A stretch of DNA of 64,000 bases, taken from positions 3,712,001 through 3,776,000 of the forward strand of contig CAVYRF010000002.1 in assembly GCA_963770895.1 (NCBI GenBank), in the 5' to 3' direction. The notes below the pieces were generated by a model. That model did not search any database, was not told where the DNA came from, and saw nothing but the letters and a program-made list of their open reading frames with translations. How positions within the stretch are numbered: position 1 is the stretch's first letter; every line of letters starts with the position of its first letter. This document shows, piece after piece, positions 36,999 to 45,951 of this stretch. The DNA comes from an uncultured Acidobacteriota bacterium (GTDB lineage: Bacteria; Acidobacteriota; Thermoanaerobaculia; Multivoradales; UBA5704). The position numbers and the translations under genes were made by a program.

Positions 36999-37973
36999 TT
37001 ACGGGATCAGCAAGACCTTGCCGGTGGTCCGACGCCCTTCCAGCGCCTGCTGTGCTGCGCCGGCGTCGCGCAGGGCGAATTCGGCGCCGATGCGCACGTC
37101 GAGCTTGCCGGCGGCGATCCAGCCGAACAGGTCGTCAGCGCGGCCCAGCAGCTCGTCGCGGCTGGCGATGTAGTTGAACAGCGTCGGGCGGGTCAGGAAC
37201 AGCGAGCCGCCGGTGGCCAGCCGGCCGGGATCGAAGGGCGGCACGCCGCCGCTCGACTGGCCGAAGATCACCATCATGCCGCGCGGCGACAGGCAGGTCA
37301 GCCCGCGATCGAAGGTCGACTTGCCCACCCCGTCGTAGATCACGGCGACGCCGCGGTCGCCGGTGGCGCGCTTGACCTCGGCGGCGAAATCCTGTTTTTC
37401 ATAGAAGATGACCTGGTCGGCGCCGGCCTTGCGCGCCAGCTCCGCCTTTTCGTCGGTCGACACGGTGGCAAAGACGTGCGCGCCGCGCATCTTGGCGATC
37501 TGGCAGAGCAGCAGGCCGACGCCGCCGGCCGCGGCGTGGACCAGGCACGCGTCACCCTCCTTGAGTGGGAAGGTGGTGGTCGCCAGGTAGTGGGCGGTCA
37601 TGCCCTGCAGCATCACCGCCGCGCCCTGACGGCTGCTCACCGCCGGCGGCAGCTTGACCAGGCGTGCCGCGGGCACCGCGGCCATCTCGGCGTAGGCGCC
37701 CTGCACGGCGCACCAGGCAACGCGATCGCCTTTGGCGACTTCGGTGACTCCGTCGCCGACCGCCGTGACGACACCTGCCCCCTCCTGGCCCAGGGTGAAC
37801 GGCGGCGGCGTCTGTAGCTTGTAAAAGCCGGTGCGGTGGTAGACGTCGATGAAGTTGAGGCCCGCCGCCTCGACCTTGACCACCGCCTGTCCCGGCCCCG
37901 GCTGCGGGTCGGCGACCTCTTCGTAGCGGAGGGCTTCGGGCCCTCCCACCTGGTGCACGCGCACTGCCTTCAT
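36999..37973 (-). CDS. qor: NADPH:quinone oxidoreductase (zeta-crystallin/MDR family)
   Basis: MKAVRV...[41 protein letters not shown]; GGAGG precedes ATG at 37973. Confidence 0.92.
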   Translation of the reverse strand: MKAVRVHQVGGPEALRYEEVADPQPGPGQAVVKVEAAGLNFIDVYHRTGFYKLQTPPPFTLGQEGAGVVTAVGDGVTEVAKGDRVAWCAVQGAYAEMAAVPAARLVKLPPAVSSRQGAAVMLQGMTAHYLATTTFPLKEGDACLVHAAAGGVGLLLCQIAKMRGAHVFATVSTDEKAELARKAGADQVIFYEKQDFAAEVKRATGDRGVAVIYDGVGKSTFDRGLTCLSPRGMMVIFGQSSGGVPPFDPGRLATGGSLFLTRPTLFNYIASRDELLGRADDLFGWIAAGKLDVRIGAEFALRDAGAAQQALEGRRTTGKVLLIP

Positions 37974-38067
37974 CGGCAGACCTCCCACGACGGCAGAGGC
38001 GCTCCGCGCGCCGCCGCTGACGGCATTATCCTACGCGGCGGCCGCGGAGGTGCTGTTCAGGACGATG

Positions 38068-38334
38068 CTAGCCGCCGTTCGGGTCGAGGGCCGGGCCCGC
38101 GTCGCTCGGGGTGATCCTGCCGGTGGCGGGGCCGGCGGTGGACTGCAGGCCGTTCCATACCTGGTGGGCAAAATGCAGCAGCCCTTCCAGGGACCACAGG
38201 GTGGGGGAGTGCGCCGCCACGGCGGCCGTCGCGGGGGCCGTCGGGCGGGGTGCCGGAGCGGCATGCAGCGTCGCCGGGAGGACCAGCGCGGCGCACAGCA
38301 GTGCCAAGGCGAAAGTGCGTGCGGGAAGGGACAT
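38068..38334 (-). CDS. Small (88 aa) secreted propeptide-like protein ending DAGPALDPNGG
   Basis: AAGGAG RBS; Sec-type signal (R, hydrophobic FALALLCAALVL, LHA cleavage); amphipathic middle; directly downstream of a TPR gene on the same strand. Confidence 0.75.
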   Translation of the reverse strand: MSLPARTFALALLCAALVLPATLHAAPAPRPTAPATAAVAAHSPTLWSLEGLLHFAHQVWNGLQSTAGPATGRITPSDAGPALDPNGG

Positions 38335-38351
38335 GGTGCGACTCCTTCACG

Positions 38352-38413
38352 GCGGCTGGGCTGAGACGGCCTCAATTGGCCGCGAGCCAGCCGCAGGGGA
38401 TGAGACGTGTCAA
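38352..38413 (-). promoter_or_regulatory. TTGACA -35-like box plus a long stem-loop immediately upstream of the peptide RBS
   Basis: TGTCAA at 38408-38413 on +. Inverted repeats GCGGCTGG (38352-38359)/CCAGCCGC (38387-38394) and CGGCC/GGCCG around a TCAATT loop. No good -10 box at canonical spacing. Confidence 0.4.
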
Positions 38414-38527
38414 GGGTCCAGCGCCCGATGTCTGCCGGGAGCCGGGCGCCGGGGGCCGATACCGCCGGAGGCCGGCACCGCCGGGGGGCCGGAGGCCGGG
38501 TGCAGCGGGCTGCCGCCGTCCCGCACC

Positions 38528-39832
38528 TCAGGCCAGCCCGAGCCGCCATGGCTCCGGGCCGCGGGGACGCTCCCGTTCCAGCACCGCGGCCAGCCGGCGA
38601 GCCAGCTCGACGGTCAGCCGCTCCTCTTCGCAGGCGTGCTGGAACAGCAGCAGCGCCGCCATCGCTTCGCGGTGTACGTCGCGGGAGGAGAAGACCGGCA
38701 GGATGTCCAGCGACAGGCGCTTGAGCTCCTGCAGGTTGCTCTCCTGCGCGTAGAGGATTCCCAGGTCGAGCGACACCAGCGCCGCGTCGTAGCCGATGTC
38801 GCGGCGCAGGAATTCAAGCTGCACTTCGCGGAACGCCTGCTCGGCCGGGTCGCGCTGCCCCAGACCGAAGGCGATCCGTCCTTCCACCCAGCGCAGCCGC
38901 ACCAGGTCCACCTGGTTGCCCAGGCGGCCCGCCAGCTCCTTGACTTCGGGCAGCAACGCCGCGGCTTCCTGGTGGCGGCCGGCAGCCGGCAGGTACAGCA
39001 GGAGGTTGTGCTTCAGGCAGAGGATCAGCCGGGGGTCCCGTTCCTGGTCGATCCACGGCGCCGCCTGACGCAGCGCCAGGATCGCGCCCTCGACGTCGCC
39101 GCTCTCCTCCAGCGTGACGGCGCGATTGACCAGCGATCGGCCAGCCAGGTGCAGGTCGCGCAGCTCGGGATCGTCGCTGGTGTAGGTGGCGATGACGCGG
39201 TCCAGCAGCACCAGCGCGTCGGCGAAGCGGCGCTCGTCGCGGCGCAGCGACGCTTCCAGGTCCAGCACCTCGGCCTCGATGCGGGGGTTGCCGGTGCCGC
39301 CGCGCCGCAAGTGCCCATGGGCATCCAGGAAGGCGTCGCCGGCGCTTTGCGTCTCGCTGATCACGCGCCGCGCGTTGCCCAGGTGGGCGCAGGCCAGCGC
39401 GCGCAGGTCCGCCACCCAGTCGCGGTCGTAGGCTTCGCCCAGGTGGTCGGCGATCTTGACCGCCAGGACCGCCAGCCGCACCGCGACGGCGGGGCGCTGG
39501 ATGGTGGCGTCCAGGCTCTTGCGCAGCAGCAGGCGGCACAGCCCCCAGGTCTGCAGCGCCCCGTCGTCCTCCACCTGGCGCAGCTGCTGGTCGTACGGCA
39601 ACGGTTCCAACCGCCGCCACAGCTCGGGCGCGTCCAGGCCTTCGAGCACCACCACCATGTCGTCCCAATGGCCGACTTCGATCCGCAACCGCCGCATCTC
39701 GTCATGGATCTCGCGGCAGCCGGCGCAGACGCCGATCAGGTGAGGGATCACGACCTGCTGCAGCTCCTCCACCTCGATCCGACCGGACGCCAGCCGCGCC
39801 AGCGTTGCCAGCGACAGATGTCGATCCTCCAT
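38528..39832 (-). CDS. TPR-repeat protein with N-terminal zf-HC2-like (H...HxxxxCxxC) domain, paralog 1
   Basis: AAAGGAG RBS before ATG 39832 (MEDRHLS...PHLIGVCAGC); helical repeats AHLGNARRV, RSLVNRA, WVEGRIA, AALVSLDLGILY, REAMAAL. Confidence 0.85.
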   Translation of the reverse strand: MEDRHLSLATLARLASGRIEVEELQQVVIPHLIGVCAGCREIHDEMRRLRIEVGHWDDMVVVLEGLDAPELWRRLEPLPYDQQLRQVEDDGALQTWGLCRLLLRKSLDATIQRPAVAVRLAVLAVKIADHLGEAYDRDWVADLRALACAHLGNARRVISETQSAGDAFLDAHGHLRRGGTGNPRIEAEVLDLEASLRRDERRFADALVLLDRVIATYTSDDPELRDLHLAGRSLVNRAVTLEESGDVEGAILALRQAAPWIDQERDPRLILCLKHNLLLYLPAAGRHQEAAALLPEVKELAGRLGNQVDLVRLRWVEGRIAFGLGQRDPAEQAFREVQLEFLRRDIGYDAALVSLDLGILYAQESNLQELKRLSLDILPVFSSRDVHREAMAALLLFQHACEEERLTVELARRLAAVLERERPRGPEPWRLGLA

Positions 39833-39899
39833 CCATGCTCCTTTGTTCCCGCAACTCCGCCAGGGGGCAGCGGGCAATCCTTGCCCCTCATCCATGTCG

Positions 39900-40060
39900 C
39901 GGCACCAATTGACGCTACTTTGTGCCTGATTCGGCAACAAATTTTTGGACGTGACGCGGCGATAGCGAAAAAGAACCTCAGTCGACACCATCGCGTCGCC
40001 TTTCGGCGCAACATAGATTAAGCCAGAAAGTTAGAAATTTCAAATAATCGTGTATCTGGT
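39900..40060. promoter_or_regulatory. AT-rich divergent intergenic/promoter region between the TPR gene and the SGNH gene
   Basis: e.g. attaagccagaaagttagaaatttcaaataatc in otherwise very GC-rich DNA. Confidence 0.5.
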
Positions 40061-40329
40061 TGGGGTCGGCGTTGGTTCTGGAGCGCTCCAACGCGGAGGA
40101 TCGGCGGGCGCCCGACCTACGAGCGGCCCAACGCGAGTACCTCGGCCGCGAGCCCGGGCGCCCTACACTAGCTTGGGGACAAGCCGGCACAGCCTCGGCG
40201 CCCGCCACCACCGCTGGGACCAAGCCCCCCGCCGAGGTCCCCGCGACCAAGCAACTCCGCTTCCTGGAGGCGTGGGGCTAGAATACCCGCCGCCCGGCTC
40301 GCCCTTGGAGGGTGCCGCCGGTTGTCCGA

Positions 40330-41454
40330 ATGAAACGGCGCCTGCTGCCCCCGCTGCTGATCCTGGCGATCACCTTGGGACTGCTCGCCCTGGCCGAGGG
40401 CGGCACGCGGCTGGTGCTGCGTCTGCGCGATGGGGTCTGGCCCGAAACCTCGGTCAGCGCGGTGCGGCGCCAGCAGAACGAGGTGCTGCGCCTCTACCGG
40501 CGGCACCCCTTCCTGAACACCGCGCCGCACGCCGCCACGCGGGTGCATGCCTTTGGCAAGGAAGCGTCCTTCAACTCCCTGGGCTACCGCTCGCCCGAGC
40601 GCCCCCTGGCGCGGCCGCCCGGCACGCTGCGCATCCTGTGCGAGGGGGGCTCGACCACCTTCGACCTGCTGGCGGCGCGCGACGAGCAGACCTGGCCCTG
40701 GCGGCTCGAGCAGAAGCTGCGGGCGGGCCGGCCGCAGCTGGAGGTCTGGAATGCCGGTTTTCCCGGCTGGACGTCGCTCGAAAACGTCATCTCCCTGGCT
40801 GAGCGTGACGCCGACCTGGATGCGCGGCTGGTGGTTCTCTTTCAGGGCGACAACGACCTGCAACCGGGAGGCTGTCAACCCTTCGACCGCCAATACGAGC
40901 ACTGCCACGCCGGCCTGGTCGTGCGCGCGCTGGGTTTCGATCCGCCGCCGCTGCCGTGGCGCTCGCGCAGCGTCCTGCTGGAGCGGCTGCGCACCGCTCT
41001 AGGGCGCCCGGTGGATCCCTGGGCGACGCTCGAACCGAACGAGGCCCGGCACCCCGGCCTGGAGCCCGCGGCAGTCGCCACCTTTGCCCGCAACGTCCGC
41101 TCCCTGATCGGCATCGCCCGCGCCCACGGCGCCCGCGTCGCGCTGGTCACCCAGACCGTGCGCATCCGCCAGGCCCACCGCGCCGAAGACCTGAAGTACC
41201 TTGCGCAATGGCTGCCCGGCCTGCAGCCCGAAGCCGCGCCCGCCCAGCTGGAACGCCTGAACGCCGTCCTGCGCTCCCTGCCCGCCACCGCCGCCGCCGC
41301 ATCCGGCGACGTCTACCTGCTCGACGCCGCCGTAAGCGTCCCCTGGCAGGACGAAGACTTCGCCGACCCCCTGCACTTCTCCGACCAGGGCAGCGAGAGG
41401 CTTGCCGCCTACCTGGCCGGCGCCCTGCCGCTACCCGCGCCGCAAGCGCCCTGA
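40330..41454 (+). CDS. Membrane-anchored SGNH/GDSL hydrolase family protein
   Basis: N-terminal TM helix; FNSLGYR; blocks GGSTT, NAGFPG, GDND, DPLH; TAGAAT -10 at 40278. Confidence 0.85.
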   Translation: MKRRLLPPLLILAITLGLLALAEGGTRLVLRLRDGVWPETSVSAVRRQQNEVLRLYRRHPFLNTAPHAATRVHAFGKEASFNSLGYRSPERPLARPPGTLRILCEGGSTTFDLLAARDEQTWPWRLEQKLRAGRPQLEVWNAGFPGWTSLENVISLAERDADLDARLVVLFQGDNDLQPGGCQPFDRQYEHCHAGLVVRALGFDPPPLPWRSRSVLLERLRTALGRPVDPWATLEPNEARHPGLEPAAVATFARNVRSLIGIARAHGARVALVTQTVRIRQAHRAEDLKYLAQWLPGLQPEAAPAQLERLNAVLRSLPATAAAASGDVYLLDAAVSVPWQDEDFADPLHFSDQGSERLAAYLAGALPLPAPQAP

Positions 41455-41485
41455 TCGGGCAAGACGGTTCCCCTCGTCCCCCCGG

Positions 41486-41523
41486 CCCGATCGCGGACGC
41501 GCCGCAGGCGCGCCGCGGTCGGG
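41486..41523. terminator. GC-rich hairpin between the convergent SGNH and RiPP-precursor genes
   Basis: cccgatcgcgg-a-cgcgcc-gca-ggcgcg-ccgcggtcggg; no U-tract. Confidence 0.45.
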
Positions 41524-41560
41524 GCAACCGAGCGCTACCGATTGCGGCCGCTTCCGGCGA

Positions 41561-41743
41561 TCAGCCCGGAGGCGAGCACTGCACGCACGCGCTGAGCGCG
41601 CACAGCGACACCGTGGGCGCGCACGTGTACGTGTACTCATGGCCGCCAGCCGCCGCGGCAAGCTCGTCGGGGTTCATCTGCAACAACGTTTCGCGACTGA
41701 GGATCATCTTGCGAGTGCTACGGGTCGTCCCGTTCCGCTTCAT
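41561..41743 (-). CDS. RiPP (lanthipeptide-like) precursor peptide, 60 aa
   Basis: AAGGGAG RBS; leader MKRNGTTRSTRKMILSRETLLQMNPDELAAAAGG; core HEYTYTCAPTVSLCALSACVQCSPPG with 4 Cys and 6 Ser/Thr. Confidence 0.8.
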   Translation of the reverse strand: MKRNGTTRSTRKMILSRETLLQMNPDELAAAAGGHEYTYTCAPTVSLCALSACVQCSPPG

Positions 41744-41929
41744 CAGGCGTCTCCCTTTCAGAGCGACACCGGCGCCCACGCATCGTCGCCCGCCCAGCCA
41801 CACGGCCGCGGCAGATCGCGATCGTCCAGCGCCGTCGTCGCCGTCCATCTCTCACAGTGCGCCCCCCGCTCGCAAATGCGCCGCCGGGAACACGCTCTTG
41901 CCATCGGCGCGCAACCTCCGACGCCGTTC

Positions 41930-42659
41930 ATCTCGACTCCCAATCCGTTCCGCGAACCGGCGATCACCTTGGTCTTGTGAATTGTCCAACCTGCTCGACC
42001 GGATCGTCGCGCTCGCCCCTACCTACCGCTATCGGTTCGTCGGCGCTCGGCTGGTACTCTACCCGGTCGACACCCTTTGGGATCTGCGGATCGATGACTT
42101 ACGGCTCGGTCCGGGTCAGCGACGCTGGGTTGGCGATGCGCTCGTTGTGGAACTCCGGCGCCGTGTTCCTGCCCTCGCAGCGCTGAACCCGCCGTGGACC
42201 TTCGGTGATCCGGGGAGCTTCGTCTACCAGGATCAAGTGTCAGTCATCGGACCTGCATCCATCGTAGAGCTCCTCGTGCAGCTTCTTGGTCAGAGGGCTT
42301 CCGCGAGTTTTGTCGTTTCTAAGCTCGGAGGCGAAGTGAAGACCTTGTGGCTGAGCTCTGAAAAACTGATCGCTTCGCTCAAGCTGATAGCCCCAACGAC
42401 CGTCCTGCGGCGACCGGGTGACACAGTACGTCTGACCTTAGTCGCTAACCTTTACGATGGAACGCGCCAGGTCCTCACCCCTCCCGCCTGTGCTACTGAA
42501 TACGTCACCGGCAACCCCGGCATTTTGAAGGTTGACTCTGACGGCCTGGTCACCGCAGTCCGCCCCGGGGAGAGCTACGTCAACGCCATCAGCGAGGACG
42601 AATTCGACTCCATCCCAATCCGGGTGGAAGGCGCAGGGTCGGGGGGTCATAGCCGTTGA
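41930..42659 (+). pseudogene. Low-GC protein fragment with a C-terminal bacterial Ig-like (Big_2-like) domain; 5' end disrupted or uncertain
   Basis: VRLTLVANLYDG...NPGILKVDSDGLVTAVRPGESYVNAI. No clear RBS or ATG. A plausible N-terminal part (PFIS...EPAITLVL*) lies in another frame ending at 41980. Confidence 0.5.
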
Positions 42660-43027
42660 GCCCCTTTGACCTTGCTCAGCTCCCGGTCGAAGGTGCCGAG
42701 GGGAAGGTGTCCGGCTTTACGGGCCACCTCCAGAATGAGGCAATCTGAAAAACCCAAGGCGGGGCGGCTCTTGAAGTGGCTCAGCGCCGCTGCGACGACC
42801 TCGGCGTCCTGCACCGTCAGCTCTCGGTGGTTGAGGAACATCTCCACGGCGGCGGCGATCTTTGCCGGCCCGAGGTTGTAAGCCGAGGCCAAAACCCACA
42901 TGGCCTCCACCAGAACAAGCTGAGGCACCCAGGCGCCGCCAGACACGAACGCTTCAGCGGCCAATGTCTGGGCTGGCTCGTCTCGCGTCGCCAGCCTGAC
43001 CAGGACGTTGGTGTCAACGGCGCGCAT
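42647..43027 (-). CDS. vapC: PIN-domain toxin, type II TA system
   Basis: MRAVDTNVLVR, LVEAMWVL, GFSDCLI, TFDRELS acidic PIN residues; overlaps the antitoxin gene. Confidence 0.92.
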   Translation of the reverse strand: MRAVDTNVLVRLATRDEPAQTLAAEAFVSGGAWVPQLVLVEAMWVLASAYNLGPAKIAAAVEMFLNHRELTVQDAEVVAAALSHFKSRPALGFSDCLILEVARKAGHLPLGTFDRELSKVKGAQRL

Positions 43028-43274
43028 ACCTGCCGCGAGCGTGCTCGCGCAGCCCGTCCTTCAGCTGCTCCAGACTGCGCGGTGCGGGTGGTTCGGCGAA
43101 CAACGCCCGATGAATATCTTCTGAGCTGTAGCACCCCGCGCGCCGCACTACCATGGTTTCGCCGTGTTGCTCCCATTCGAGAACGGAGCCGGGACCGACG
43201 CCCAGCCGGCGTCGAACCTCGGCGGGCACCGAGATCTGGCCCTGGGACGTCAATTTGGAGGAGGCTATTTTCAT
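43014..43274 (-). CDS. vapB: AbrB/MazE/SpoVT-type antitoxin
   Basis: SKLTSQGQISVPAEVRRRLGVGPG swapped-hairpin motif; lies upstream of vapC. Confidence 0.9.
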   Translation of the reverse strand: MKIASSKLTSQGQISVPAEVRRRLGVGPGSVLEWEQHGETMVVRRAGCYSSEDIHRALFAEPPAPRSLEQLKDGLREHARGRYARR

Positions 43275-43309
43275 GAATGTAAATTACCACGGTAAGGAAG
43301 CGGTCGCAA
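43275..43309 (-). promoter_or_regulatory. sigma70-type promoter with palindromic operator for vapBC (probably leaderless)
   Basis: TTGCGA (43309-43304), 17 nt, TAATTT (43286-43281), 6 nt, ATG; palindrome TTACC-AC-GGTAA at 43284-43295. Confidence 0.7.
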
Positions 43310-43492
43310 GGAGCGAGCCGGTCTCGACAAAACCGCGGTGGCCGCCGTTGCCGCTGCTGTCGTTTGCTGCGGGGTTGATCAGCGTCCTGCTGGATCATCT
43401 TGCACGGTGGCATCGGAAGGAAAATCATTGGGTGTTTTTCCACGACTAAATGTCGGTTACACAAGGGGAAGAGCGCAGGATAGCGTCCGCGC

Positions 43493-44581
43493 ATGGACGA
43501 GAAGGTGGCGCGCGGGGCGGGGGTGGGGCATGTCGGGATGCAGGTGATGGCGCGGGTGCTGAGCGGGCGGGCCGAGGGGGAGGAGCTGTGCCAGCAGCTG
43601 CTGCCGCACATCGTCGGGCAGTGTCCGGAGTGCGGGCGGCTGCTGGCGCAGCTGGATCGGATGCGCCGCGAGGCGGCGGCGCCGGACGCGTTGATCGCGG
43701 CGGCGGAGTGGCCGGCGGCGCCGCTGTTGTGGGACCGGCTGGAGCCGCTTTCGTTTGCCGACCAGCTGCGGGCGGTCGCCGGCGAGGAGGTGTTTCATAC
43801 CTGGGGCCTGTGCCGGCTCTTACAACTAAAAAGCGGCGGCGTGGCCGGCGATCATCCGGCGCAGGCGGGGCGCCTGGCGCAGCTTGCGGTGGCGGTTTCG
43901 GATCGCTTGCCGGCGGCCTACGATCCGGATTGGGTTTGCGACCTGCGGGCTCTGGCGCTGGCCTACCTGGGCAACGCGCGCCGGCTGCTGGGGGAACCTT
44001 GGGGCGCGGCGGATGCGCTGGCGGCGGCGCGGGTCGAGCGCCAGGCGGGCACCGACGATCCGGCGATCGAAGCGGAGATCCTGGTGTTGGAGGCGCTGGC
44101 GCGGCGCGACCAGGGCCGCGTGTCCGAGGCGGCAGCCCTGTTGCAGACGGCTCACCAGCGCTTCGCCGAAGCGTTTCATGGCGATGCCGGGCTGGGGAGC
44201 GGCCAGCTGAGTGTGCGGGCCGCCGGCGCCATTCACTTTGCGTGCTGCCTGTATCGCGACGGACAGCCGGCCCTGGCAATTCTGCGCGAGGCGGCGGGGC
44301 TGGCTTTCGAGGAGCAGCTGGCGGACGGCGCCGGCGCCGATCCCGACGCTGCCGGCGGCGGTTTGCGCCGCGAGGGCGAGATCTGGTGGCAGTTCCGGCT
44401 GGCGCACATGGCGGAAGCCGCGGTATCGCTGCGGCAGGCCGCCGAAGCTGCCGATCGCCTGGGCGACGCGGCGATGGGCGCGACGCTGCGCAGCGTCCTT
44501 GCCGGCATAGGTGCCGGTCATCCCCAGAAGGGCGTGACCGGCGCCGGCCGGGACGCTGCCAACGCTGCGCCTGAAGGGTAG
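43493..44581 (+). CDS. TPR-repeat protein with zf-HC2-like N-terminus, paralog 2 (divergent, shortened C-terminus)
   Basis: Aligns by eye with 38528..39832: PHIVGQCPEC, LWDRLEPL, TWGLCRLL, YDPDWVCDLRALA, LGNARR, IEAEIL.LEA..RRD. Confidence 0.85.
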   Translation: MDEKVARGAGVGHVGMQVMARVLSGRAEGEELCQQLLPHIVGQCPECGRLLAQLDRMRREAAAPDALIAAAEWPAAPLLWDRLEPLSFADQLRAVAGEEVFHTWGLCRLLQLKSGGVAGDHPAQAGRLAQLAVAVSDRLPAAYDPDWVCDLRALALAYLGNARRLLGEPWGAADALAAARVERQAGTDDPAIEAEILVLEALARRDQGRVSEAAALLQTAHQRFAEAFHGDAGLGSGQLSVRAAGAIHFACCLYRDGQPALAILREAAGLAFEEQLADGAGADPDAAGGGLRREGEIWWQFRLAHMAEAAVSLRQAAEAADRLGDAAMGATLRSVLAGIGAGHPQKGVTGAGRDAANAAPEG

Positions 44582-44623
44582 TCGCTGCCGTACCTTCCCC
44601 TCCCCCTTGCGAGGACATTGCCG

Positions 44624-45919
44624 ATGGCTCAGGACCGCAGTGACGAACGCAGCGAACGCCCTGCCCCAGGCGAAACGCCCTATCGGTGGTTCTTCGCCGC
44701 GGATCGCAGGTCGGGAGGAGAGGCGCCGGTGGCGAGCCTGGCCACGGCGCGCGAGGATGCCGCTCTGGCGGCGCAGCTGTTGGGCATGCCGCGCGCCGAG
44801 CGTTTGCAGCTGGCGCGCCGCGAAGCGCGCTGCCATCGCCTGACTCTGGTGGCGCTCCTCAACGTCCGCGCCGAAATCGCCCTGCTGCGGAGGGAGGGCG
44901 GCAACGCCGGCGAACGCGACGCCGAGCTGGCGACGGTCGTGGCCGCCGCCCTGCAGCGCGATCGCGGCGGCCGCGTCTGGAAGGCCGGGGCGCTGGCGTA
45001 CTGGCTGTTCGGCAAGGCACGCCTGGATGGCGGCGACGTGGAAGGTGCGCGCATCGCGTTTTCGGAGATGTTCGGTTTCATCGTCGACAACAATCCCACC
45101 GAAGAGATGGCGTTGGCGGCCGCCGGCTGGGCGCAGGTGGATCAGCAGGCGGGTTGCCGCGAGGAGGCGGTGGCTCACTTTCAGCGCGCCGCCTACCTGT
45201 TCGCGCAGATCGATGGCCGCGCCCCCGCCGGCGCATGCCTGGCGGAGGTCGGCTTTCTCCTGCTGGATACCGGCGACTGGATGCTGGCGCGCCGCAACTT
45301 GCAGCGCGCCTGGCACCTGCTCGCCCCGGCGCTCGCCCCCTCGATGGCCGCCCGTGTCGCGCTGGCCTGCGCCGAATGCGAAATCCTGCTCGAAGAGGGC
45401 TCCGGCGCCGGCTGGCTGGAGCGGGCTCGCGGCCTCTACGCCCTGCCGGCATCGCCCTTCGAGGAGCTGAGCCGCGCCTGGACGGAAGGCCGCATCGCCG
45501 CCCTGGCGGGCCGCCACGCTGAAGCCGAGCTGCTGCTGGACGGCGTGCGCCAGCGCCTGCTGGCGCAGGGCAGCCTGCGGGAGGCGGTGACGATCTCGTG
45601 CGACCAGCTCCTCGCCCGGCTGGAGACCCGCCAGCGGCGCGCGGCCGCCACCCTGATCCAAGGTTTGCGAACGGCCTTCCCGCTGGCCGGCGGCGAGCCC
45701 TGGGCCGCGGCGCTGCAAACCGTCAGCGACCTGGCCGCCCAGCAGGGCATCCCGACCGCCTGCCGTGCCGCCAGCGACCTTGTGGACCGCCTGCGCACCG
45801 CCCCCGCCGTCGCGCCAGGCCGCCCCGCCCTGCTGCCCTCCCTGCGCGCCCTGACCGATCGCCTGCTGCGTCACTGCGGCGAGCTGGAAGAGCCCCTGGG
45901 AGGCGCCCGCGGCCTCTGA
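44624..45919 (+). CDS. TPR-like helical protein, paralog 3
   Basis: GAGGA RBS; LLGMPRAERLQL, LFGKARL, AHFQRAAYLF, WTEGRIAALAGRHAEAE resemble paralog 1; no CxxC finger at the N-terminus. Confidence 0.72.
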   Translation: MAQDRSDERSERPAPGETPYRWFFAADRRSGGEAPVASLATAREDAALAAQLLGMPRAERLQLARREARCHRLTLVALLNVRAEIALLRREGGNAGERDAELATVVAAALQRDRGGRVWKAGALAYWLFGKARLDGGDVEGARIAFSEMFGFIVDNNPTEEMALAAAGWAQVDQQAGCREEAVAHFQRAAYLFAQIDGRAPAGACLAEVGFLLLDTGDWMLARRNLQRAWHLLAPALAPSMAARVALACAECEILLEEGSGAGWLERARGLYALPASPFEELSRAWTEGRIAALAGRHAEAELLLDGVRQRLLAQGSLREAVTISCDQLLARLETRQRRAAATLIQGLRTAFPLAGGEPWAAALQTVSDLAAQQGIPTACRAASDLVDRLRTAPAVAPGRPALLPSLRALTDRLLRHCGELEEPLGGARGL

Positions 45920-45951
45920 TCCCGGCCGCGGCGGGCACCCGGTGGCGGCGG

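Noticed and set aside
35003-37973. GH127 and qor as tailoring genes of the BGC (e.g. trans-enoylreductase)
   Set aside because: Opposite strand, typical housekeeping/catabolic sequences, and no sequence evidence of linkage; cannot be fully excluded
40956-41900. 567-aa ORF spanning SGNH, the RiPP precursor and the Ig-like fragment
   Set aside because: The N-terminal part overlaps better-supported genes; only the last ~225 aa look protein-like
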